Position numbers and translations under genes: made by a program
From: Octopus vulgaris
Lineage: Eukaryota
NCBI GenBank assembly: GCA_951406725.2
Contig: OX597829.1
Span: 22,630,001 to 22,694,000 of the forward strand
Length of the DNA stretch: 64,000 bases
Reading direction: 5' to 3'
Part shown: positions 54,155-64,000 of the stretch, in pieces
Layout of the letters: each line of letters opens with the position of its first letter
Position numbering within the stretch: the stretch's first letter is position 1
The notes under the pieces: generated by a model
What the model was told of the DNA's origin: nothing
Databases searched by the model: none
Seen by the model: only the letters and a program-made list of their open reading frames with translations

Positions 54155-55058
54155 TAGGACCATTTCTAGAGACCAACATTTCTGTAGTACTGGTCACATA
54201 GAAAGACCGTTATTAGAGACCAAAATATCTGTGAAACCTGTCCCACAGAAAGGCTGTTATTAGAGACCAAAATGTTTGCGGTACTGGTTTCACAGAAGGA
54301 CCATTATTAGAGACCCAAATTTCTGTAATATTTGTCTCTCTAAAGGAGCACTATTAAGAGACCAAAATGTCTGTAATACTGGTCTCACAGAAGAGCCATT
54401 ATTAAAGACCAAAATTTCTATAGTACTCATCGCACATTACTGTAGTTATGGTCTCATCGAAGGACGATTATTAGAGACTAAAATGTCAGTAGTATTCATC
54501 TCACAGAAAGACCATTAATACACAGAAAGACCAAGGCGGCGAGCTGGCCGAATCGTCAGCACGCCGGGCGAAATGTCCAACAGTTTTTCGTCTGTCGCTA
54601 CGTTCTGAGTTCAAATTCCGCCGAGGTCAACTTTGCCTTTCATCCTTTCGGGGTCGATTAAATAAGTACCAGTTACGCACTGGGGTCGATATAATCGACT
54701 TAATCCGTTTGTCTGTCCTTGTTTGTTCCTTCTGTGTTTAGCCCCTTGTGGGTAGTAAAGAAATAGGTATTTCGTCTGCCGCTACGTTCTGAGTTCAAAT
54801 TCCGCCGAGGTCGACTTTGCCTTTCATCCTTTCGGGGTCGATAAATTAAGTACCATTTGAACTCTGGTGATCGATGTAATCGACTTAATCCCTTTGTCTG
54901 TCCTTGTTTGTCCCCTCTATGTTTAGCCCCTTGTGGACAATAAAGAAATAAGAAAGACCATTAATAGAGACCAAAATTTCTGTAGTACTGGTCTCTCAGA
55001 TCGACCACTATTAGAGACCAAAGCGCCTGTGGAACTGGTCTCGTAATACGACCATTAT
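54155..55058. repeat. ~47-bp minisatellite interrupted by a SINE
   Basis: Unit accattattagagaccaaaatttctgtagtactggtctcacagaaag. Confidence 0.85.
54534..54950 (+). mobile_element. SINE family B
   Basis: Full length with internal duplication and a TSD agaaagacca. Confidence 0.88.
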
Positions 55059-56030
55059 TCCTCTTTCTGTTTTACTCATTTCTGAAAGCAGCCCACAAAC
55101 TTTCTGGCTGTATTCTTCATTTTGATCATTGTTATCTGAAAAACTAATTTAGCACCTATTTTTATAGCTAACCATCTCTGTTTAGAAGATTTTTTTTTCA
55201 GCATAAGAACATGTTGGGCACCTGATATGCAAAATGCACTTCACAACTGATTAACGAGCACCGTGTTTAGATAATACATCAGAAACAAGGAATACCCACC
55301 CCACCATTACATAAAAGCAGGAAACATGTGTGTAGAGGCGCCTTCGTTAGCTCATCCTGTTTCTACGCAACTTCGAAAAGGAACAAATTAAACTAGGTGT
55401 TCCCATGCAACCCCAAGCTGTTCTTTCAACAGTACGTCAATAGCTCCCTTTTACTGTGTACATAGATAAGGGTATATTAAATATGTTTAAGACATCTTTT
55501 ACCATTTCTGAGATGGTGGGGGTGGGGTGGGAAGGAAGGGGGAAGAATTTTTTTTTTTTTTTGCGGTTGCGGCATTCAAGAAGTTTTCAGTTTTATTCCA
55601 CTCCATAATTCTGTCAGGAAACTGTTAGAATGCATCTAACTCTGTTACACTGTTTTTATTAGCTTCAAATTGACAAGATGTGAAAGAAATTTAACTGACT
55701 GGTTTCCCGGAATCCGTTATGTCAGCAAATGATAACATGATGACAGTGTGTCAAAGAAATGTTAACCGATTACGATTTTATCAGCAATTCGTTGTTAATA
55801 TTTGTTATGTATCACCAAAATTTGGGTCAACTTACTCTCTGAAATGGTACTATGGAATTATCATTATATTTTAGTGCTACGTTCACTGTTTCTACCGAAT
55901 CTTTTCAAAGTAACATTCCCTGACAACCCCTTGTCGCTTAGATTCTTTCTTCAAATTCTCTCGACTGAATTTAATTTTACCGCCTCATTTCACAGGGAAA
56001 GATAACCTGCCGTTACACGAAAGTGATTAT

Positions 56031-56205
56031 AGGCACAGGCATGGCTGCGTAGTACGAAGTTTGCTTACCAACAAACTGGTTCTGGGTTCAGTTCAACCGC
56101 GTGGCACCTTGGGCAAGTGTTTTCTACGATAGCCTCGGGCCAACAAAAGCCTTATGAATGGATTTGGTCGACGGAAACTGAAAGACGACCGTCGTATATG
56201 CGTAT

Positions 56206-56273
<68 letters not shown>

Positions 56274-56750
56274 TCAATATGTGACCGCGTGTGTACCGTT
56301 GGCGATTTTCTTTGTCCGTCTTCCCTTCCTTGGGCCTTTCCTTTTTCTATGTTTCTGACGAAGAGCTCCGCTCGAAACGTTAAATCCTCCTTCTTTCTTT
56401 CCTTTTCTGAGCGTCCAATAACACTATACCTATTCCACGCCCTCGCGTTGTTGTGTTTTCTCTTTGTTCATGTTTGAATTAACTGTATATATATTTTTAA
56501 TGTGGGTGTGTGTTTGCCCCCCCCCCTCTTCCCACTTGACAACCAGTGTTATTGTTTACGTACCCGTAACGTGACGGTTCGGCAAAAGACACCGATAAAA
56601 TAAGTACCAACCTTTAGAATTAAAAAAAAAACAACAACAAGAAATAAGTACCGAGGTCGATTCATTGGACTAAAACTTCTTCAAGGCGGTGTTCCAGCAA
56701 GGCCGCAGTCTAATAACTGAAACGAGTAAAAGATGAAAGGTAAAAGATAG
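56031..56750 (+). mobile_element. SINE family A with HHR element inserted in its (CA)n
   Basis: Head at 56031-56200, tail at 56500-56750 and insert at about 56275-56490. Confidence 0.78.
56351..56385 (+). ncRNA. Minimal PLE-type hammerhead ribozyme
   Basis: gttt-CTGACGA-a-gagc tcc gctc-GAA-ACGT-T-aaat. The core is intact and stem III is a 4-nt palindrome. Confidence 0.78.
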
Positions 56751-57667
56751 CTTGGTAACATGCTTTCACCAATTTCTTTTTAGGGGCCTGTTTGGTCGTA
56801 AGCAGACATAGTCACCCACTTAGTTCTCCTTTTCTTTGACTTTGTAGAACGTTTAGGACGTAACAGCTGAGCAGAATGGAGCAATAAATAATGAAGTGCC
56901 TTGCTCAAGGACATAATACACCGCTGAGTGCATGGATTGAACCCACGATCATATGATGGCGAATCAAACTTTCGCAGTCAGAATAAAGATCAGTCGAAAT
57001 TGATTTTCGTACACCTAAAAGTAGAAGGCAGATTAATAGATTTGGTAGATTTAATCTACCTCGGGGTATATTACTGGTATTTGCTTTATGTACGTTCAGA
57101 AGGACGGGAGTGGGTTGGGGTGGAGAAAAGATAATCTTAGCAGGATTCGAACTTAGGACATAAGGAAGTGTATCTAAATACCACAATACAATTGTTTTAG
57201 TAGTCTTTACCTATTTCTGTCATTCTGTAACTCCACTTCATCCCTATATGCCTTATAATCCTTTCTACTAAAGGCACAAGGCCTGAAATTTCTGGAAAGA
57301 GGTATCATCGATTATACAGACCCCAGTACTCAACTGATACTTATTTTATCGACCCCGAAAGGATGAAAGGCAAAGTCGGCTTCGGTGGAATTTGAACTCA
57401 GAACGAAGAGTCAGGCCGAAATACTGCTAAGCTCTTTGTCCGGTGTGCTAAAGATCGCCATTAAAAAATAACCGTCAAATTCAGGTCGCCATAAAAAAAT
57501 AACCATCAAATTCAAATCAATAAAATTCATTAAAACAATATATATTTCTTAGACAGGTGGAGGTGAAAGAGTGTTATAGTTGAAATTTATAGAAAAACAA
57601 AAGACGAAGACAGGTGTATGAACAACAAGCAAATGTATTAGTTTGACGCTCGGGAAAATGAAAAAGT

Positions 57668-57703
57668 CTTTTACGTTTCGAGCCTACGCTCTTCAACAGA
57701 AAG
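57668..57703 (-). ncRNA. Minimal PLE-type hammerhead ribozyme (A6U substitution)
   Basis: Minus strand: cttt-CTGTTGA-a-gagc gtag gctc-GAA-ACGT-A-aaag. Confidence 0.65.
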
Positions 57704-58209
57704 GAATAAGAGAAAATAAACAGAGAGAGGACAAAAAAACTTGTGGATTTAGCGGTCAAGCATGGTGACTGTTATGGAATGTTATAGCCGATTTCACCAG
57801 CACCTGTATTTAGTTAGTACGTTCTTATTTTTCGACAGACAGACATGAAAGTGAAAGTCGATCCTGACCGTTTTTGAACTCAGAAGGTAAGGATAAGTAT
57901 CCACATACCGCAACGCATTTTGCAGGAAGCACTATTAATTCTTCTATTCTCAATTAGATGTGCGTCACTGAATATTTACGGTTGAATAACAAAGATTTAC
58001 GAAGAAAAAACTGTTTTGCATTGACAGAACTAAACAAATTTATGTAAACGCACGTAGTTCTTCGTAAACTATATTATTTTAAATCATATTATTCCGCAGA
58101 GATCGACTTTGCTTTTCATCCCCTCGGAGTCGATAAAACAAGTACTTGTTATGCACTGGGGCCGATGTAATCGATGAGCCACCTCCCCCAAAATTTTAGG
58201 CTTTGCACA

Positions 58210-58722
58210 TCTATATATATAAAACTGTAGTTGTGTGAGTGTCTGTCTCCTACGATTTAGATTCCTAACTCCTCCCACATTTTGCGGTGCAGTTTAACCA
58301 AATTCGGGTATCTTATAGTCGTGATTAATATCGAGCTCGTTTGGCTATTAGCGCGCGTCTACGATGAGTCTACGATTTTAAAAATAATTTAACATCATTT
58401 TTTATTCCATTTTAATGCATAATTTTTCGTGTGTCGATGGCAGCGGAGTTGGCGGCCATGCTCACATCTGCACCTGTTTGCTTCTCCCCCTTCTTCCCTC
58501 CCTCGTGAAGCTGTGGGGAAGGGAGTGTAAGGAAATCAACGTCGTAAAGCGTTGTCAAGGAGACCAGCGTTCTTTTAGAACAACGACTTCATGGCTTGAA
58601 GACACCAAAACAGAAATGGCTAAGAAAGCCCGAATTGGCATCTATAAGGGAAGTAACTCTCTAAAAATGCTTATATAGTTATTTCCCTTACAAACCCGAG
58701 CAACGCCGGGCGATACTGCTAG
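58210..58722 (+). mobile_element. Non-autonomous Helitron (longer sister of 34668-34964)
   Basis: A|TCTATATATATAAAA ... cccgagcaacgccggg ... CTAG|T. Confidence 0.85.
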
Positions 58723-59519
58723 TATAATAGGAAAGATTATTCTAAATCATATTAAGGCGCTTAGCTGGTGGAGCCGTTAAGTAGGCCGGACAAAATACTT
58801 AACGGCATTTCGTCTGTCTTTAAATTCTCGACTCAAATTCCACCGAAATCGACTTTGCTTTTCATCCCTTTCAGTGTCGTTAAACTAAATACCCGTTGAG
58901 CACTAGGGTCAATATAATCGACTTCCCCCAACACCTCAAAATCTGCTAGCCCTGTACTAAAATTTGAAACCATTATTTAAAATCACATCATATTATACAT
59001 ATCAAATTATTTTTATCACGAATTGTATTTTTTTAATTTTAAATTTTAATTTAAATAGTTAACTTTTTAATGTTAATTTATATTGTCCCGGTGTTAAAAA
59101 TTGAATATGAAAAGAAGGAAGGATGGTCACCGTTAGAATACTTCTGTTATCTTTAATGTGAAGAATATCTCTGAATCCATAAAAAGACGGTTAGAAAATT
59201 AAAAAAAATATCTGATCCCGTGGAAATACAACATGGTAGTCAAGTGGGGAATGGTTTCATTGTTACTAATGCGAAAAAAATGTTCGTTTTTTTTGTTGTT
59301 TTTCATGTTTTTGTTTTGTTTTCTTTTTCAAAAATGGCATTTCGTTCTTGCAAATGTTAGATAGATAGATTAATAATTCCTGATTCTTGCTACCTTAGAG
59401 TTGAAATAGGCATTTTTTTCGCGCATGTGCAAAGAACAAAAGTGAACCGGTCTGTTCTGTTTTCGTTTTGAAAAATTTCTAAATTTCTATTTCGGACCAT
59501 TAAGTAAGAGAACAGTAAT

Positions 59520-59992
59520 TTCAAATTTTAGCACAAAGCCAGCAAGCTCGGAAGAAAGAGCAGGGGTTAAATCGATTACATCGATCCTACTGTTCAATTG
59601 GTACTTCCCACTTCGTCACTGCACACAGGGGGCCAAACACAGAGGGGACAAACAAGGACAAAAGGATGAAGTCGACTACATTAACCTTAGTGCGTAACTG
59701 GTACTTTATTTATCGACGCCGAAAGGATGAAAGGCAAAGTCGACCTCGGCGGAATTTGAACTCAGGATGTAGCGGCAGACGAAATACCGGTAAGCATTTC
59801 GCCCGGCTTGCTAACGTTTCTGCCAGCTCGCCGCCTTCAATTGTTCAATTGGTACTTATTTTTATCGACCCCGAAAGGATGAAAGGCAAAGTCAACTTCG
59901 GTGGAATTTGAACTCAGCACGCAAAGACAGACGAAATGCCGCTAAGCATTTTGCCCGGTGTGCTAACGATTCTGCCAAGCTCGCCGCCTTAA
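59520..59992 (-). mobile_element. Nested SINE family B copies
   Basis: Two B heads in reverse orientation; the inner copy is flanked by tgttcaattggtactt duplicates. Confidence 0.78.
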
Positions 59993-60945
59993 AGTAGCAG
60001 AACAGTAACAAATGACAACGCAGACATAGGCAACTTTGTATTTAGTGCATTCGTCAGACACAGCTGCGTGTTATTGTAGTGTCTTACTCATGTAACCAGA
60101 TTTCTAGTAATCGCATTGTCAGACATGATACACATCGTCTGCATGCCTGCTTTAACCGCAGTGTTGTCTTAGCCCAGATGATGCAGCCACCCACCCACCC
60201 ACTCATTTCCTCATCTTGTTATTGTGATCATAGCAGCGTTTTATCACCTTTAATTAGAATTTTCTTGGAAAATTCTTATAATATACAAGTTTCTTACACT
60301 AAAACATTTAACTGCAGAAATACAAACTCAAAAATCAACCTCATCGACCAAATCCCATCCCTAAAATCTGTGTCTTTGGAATCGTTTGTTCTACATTAGG
60401 TACAGTCGTAGCTGTGTGATAAGAAGTTTGTTAACCACGTGGTTTCGAGTTCAGTCCCACTGCGTGGCACCTTGGGCGATTGTCTTTTACTATAGCCTCG
60501 AGCCAACCAAAGCCTTGTGAGTGAATTCGGTAGACGGAAACTGAAAGATCCGCCCTATGTGTATGTATGTATGTATGTATGTATGTATGTATGTATGTAT
60601 GTATGTATGTATGTATGTATGTATGTATGTATGTATGTATGTGTGTGTGTGTGTATGCATGTATGTATGTATGTATGTATGTATGTATGTATGTATGTAT
60701 GTATGTATGTATGTATGTATGTATGTATGTATGTATGTATGTATGTATGTACGTATGTATGTTCAGGTTTATTTCAAGATTTCTTGCCAATAGAGAAAGA
60801 ATCGGTCCCTAACCTAGATCCAAGGATCCTTCTTTGGAATTTCAACATCAACAACAGGGTACTTATGTTTGTATGTATGTATGTATGTATGTATGTATGT
60901 ATGTATGTATGTATGTATGTATGTATGTATGTATGTATGTATGTA

Positions 60946-62111
60946 TGCTTGCACTGCCTTAGGATTGACAGTCAATCTCAAGAAAACTGTTGTCATGCAT
61001 CAACCTGCCCCTGGTAAGCAGTATAGTGTACCAAATATCTATGTGAATGGTAAACGATCAGTTTGTCTACCTGGGAAGCACTATTAATAGATATGGCAAT
61101 GTGGATGATGAAGTTCCATATAGAATTAGGAAAGCAAGTGTTGCTTTCGGAAGGCTAGAAAAGCGCCTCTGGAGTCGGCGAAACATATGCAGAAAGACAA
61201 AGATAAAGGTGTACAAGGCATGTGTGCTCCCTTCTCTTCTCTATACCTGCGAGACGTGGGTTACATATCGATACCACCTTAAACAACTGGAACGTTTCCA
61301 TCAGATGTGTCTCAGACGGATCTATGGCATTAAGTGGAAGGACCGCATCAGTGATCTTGAAATACTCGAAGGCTCTCGGTGTGAAAGTATAGAAGCTCTT
61401 GTGTTAAAGCAAAGGCTCAGATGGAGTGGTCATCTGGTCAGAATGAAGGATTCAAGGATGTCAAAATAACTCTTTTATGGAGAGTTAGCTAAAGGAGAAC
61501 CACCTCTACATAAACCAAAAAAAAAAAAGAGGTATAAGGACTTGCTGAAGGCTTCCTTAAGAGATGCTTGCATCACTCCTGACACATGGGAAGGCATAGC
61601 TATTGATCGTAGCAGGTGGAGAAGGATTGTGCATGAGGGGACAGCCACGTTTGAGAAACCTCGAGTTGCACATGAGAAAGTAAGGAGGGATGTCAGGAAG
61701 GGTATTGCTGTTACACTTCCAGAAGGGAAGGGTCTTCCTTTGATTCTGACATGCAAAGTCTGTGCAAGACCCTGCCTCAGTAAAGCTGGACTCATGAGTC
61801 ATCTTCGAGACAGATGAGTGACAACCAGGCCACTGGTGGTGGTGGTGGTGTAACACACCATACTAATCATATCTGTCGAGCATGTGGAAGAGAGTGTAAT
61901 TCGGCAGGAGGACTTAAACGATATGCAAAGGTACATGAAGCCCAGTTACAACTACAGCTGGCTATTACCAGTAAAGGTTTTAGTTGCCAATTTTGTACAA
62001 GACATTGTAGATCTTTAGCTGGGCTAAAAAGTCACATTCGATCACAGCACCAATAACAGTTAAGCTTCGTGCAATGGCCATACTCGATAACAAGGGGGCA
62101 GCCATAACATA

Positions 62112-62112
<1 letters not shown>
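60946..62112 (+). pseudogene. RTE-clade LINE 3' fragment with C-terminal C2H2-type zinc fingers
   Basis: GLTVNLKKT, FVYLGS, TKIKVYKACVLPSLLYTCETW, RLRWSGHLVRM, LFYGEL and DRSRWR, followed by three CxxC-type fingers and a (TATG)n tail. Confidence 0.9.
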
Positions 62113-62142
<30 letters not shown>

Positions 62143-62269
62143 TGTATGTATGTATGTATGTATGTATGTATGTATGTATGTATGTATGTATGTGTGTGTG
62201 TGTGTGTGTGCGTCCGTGCGTGCGTGCGTGCGTGCATGTATGTATGTATGTACGTATGTATGCTTATTT

Positions 62270-62672
62270 ACTCTTTTACTCTTATACTTGTTTCAGTCAT
62301 TTGATTGTGCTGGAGCACCGCCTTTAGTCGAGCAAATCGACCCCAGGACTTATTCTTTGTAAACCTAGTACTTATTCTATCGGTCACTTTTGCCGAACCG
62401 CTAAGTTACGGGGACGTAAACACACCAGCATCGGTTGTCAAGCGATGTTGGGGGGACAAACACACACACACATACATACATATATATATATACATATATA
62501 CATATATATGACGGGCTTCTTTCAGTTTCCGCCTACCAAATCCACTCACAAGGCTTTGGTCGGCCCGAGGCTATAGAAGAAGACACTTGTCCAAGGTGCC
62601 ACGCAGTGGGGACTGAACTCGGAACCATGTGGCTCGTAAGCAGGCTACTTACCACACAGCCACTTCTGTGCA
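62270..62672 (-). mobile_element. SINE family A
   Basis: Reverse-complement match. Confidence 0.85.
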
Positions 62673-62902
62673 GATTTTTATGTTTTGTTTTACGTATGTC
62701 TTCTCGTGCATATACTTGCTTCTCTAGTATGTATGTATGATATGTGAAGATATGTATGTTTTGTTTTATGTATGTATTCTCATAAATATTGTTGCATATG
62801 CATGCATATATACATTCATGCATGTATGTATGTGTGTATGTGCGCGTGCATGCGTTTGTATGTGTGTGTGTTTGTGTTTGTCCTCCATCACCGCTTAACA
62901 AC

Positions 62903-63135
62903 CTATTTCTTTATTACCCACAAAGGGCTAAACACAGAGGGAACAAACAAGGACAGACATAGGTATTAAGTCGATTACATCGACCCCAGTTCGTAACTGG
63001 TACTTAATTTATCGACCCCGAAAGGATGAAAGGCAAAGTCGACCTCGGCGGAATTTGAACTCACAACGTAACGCAGACGAAATACCGCTAAGCATTTCGC
63101 CCGGCGTGCTAACGTTTCTGCCAGCTCGCCGCTTA
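62903..63135 (-). mobile_element. SINE family B
   Basis: Reverse-complement match. Confidence 0.85.
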
Positions 63136-64000
63136 ACAACCGGTGTGTTTCTCAAACAGTTTAGTAGAAAGAGAAACAATAGAATAATCACCGGACTTCA
63201 AAAATAAGTACACGGATCAATTTTTTTTTTTTTCGACTAAACCCTTCTAGATTCTTCCTCCCTATGTCTGCAGTCCAATGACTGGAAAAGAAGTAAAGGA
63301 TAAAACACAGAAACATGGTATAATCTATTTAATTTTTTTCTGTGGGACGTTATTTGACTGTAGTTAGGTCTAACATAAGCGTTACTTATTGTTATTGTCA
63401 TTGCTGGCAGAATGATTAGAACGATGGTAAAAAGTCATGGTGTGTTTCTTTCATCTCTTAATGCTTTGAATTCAAATTCAGCCGAGGTCAACTTTGCCTT
63501 TCATCCTTCAGGGTCAATGAAATAAAGTACTATTATGTAATCAACTAACACCCACTACACAAAATTAAAAAAAAAAAGATTATTAAAGGCGGCGGGTTTT
63601 TAGAATCCTTATTGCACTGGGCAACATGCTAAGCAACATGTCTTTCTGCTTTATGTTTTCTGTCCAAATGTTTCTAAGATCAAGTTTGCTTTTCACCCTT
63701 TCCGGGTCAACAAAGTGTTACCAGTTAAGCACTGGGGATGGAGATTTACTGTAATCAATTAGGCCCTTCATCCAAAATTTCAGGCATTATGCTCTTAGAA
63801 GAAATGTTTATTGTCATTTGCATTTATTACCTCTGCCTTAGCGAAGGCGGGAGTATTGTTTTCAGTCGCGTGTGTTTGTTGGTTTGTTTGATATCTCAAT
63901 ATATCTCAAGAACCGCTGGTTGGATTCGGATGAAACTTTCAGGGATGTTTGGCCTCGTGACTAGCACAAGCTGATTAGATTTTGGGATCGACTTGGTACC

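Noticed and set aside
54155-55058. CRISPR-like regular repeats
   Set aside because: Units are contiguous degenerate tandem copies with no unique spacers, in a eukaryotic context with no cas genes.
61814-62056. Stand-alone host C2H2 zinc-finger gene
   Set aside because: Contiguous with the RTE RT remnant and followed by the element's 3' tail, so it is part of the LINE.

Overview
A repeat-dominated eukaryotic (animal) window with no host protein-coding gene that I can support. The AT-rich composition, dense microsatellites and SINE families resemble Octopus/coleoid cephalopod DNA; this is an inference from recalled repeat families, not from a search. Almost all ORFs in the six-frame track are microsatellite translations. 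Recognisable elements are: a full-length but inactivated mariner; a decayed Merlin transposon plus two Merlin-type MITEs; a Tc1 deletion derivative; several non-autonomous Helitrons; R4/Dong, CR1 and RTE LINE fragments; a Penelope-like element (PLE) 3' fragment; and three tRNA-type SINE families. The most interesting signal is non-coding. About 14 hammerhead-ribozyme (HHR) motifs from at least six unrelated sequence families sit in palindromic or tandem PLE/retrozyme-like elements, mostly inserted in (TA)n/(CA)n tracts. They include a 536-bp tandem unit with two canonical HHRs (a candidate circular-RNA retrozyme) and two families whose C3-G8 core pair appears compensatorily swapped to U3-A8 or G3-C8. 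All folds were read by eye and no cleavage activity is shown.
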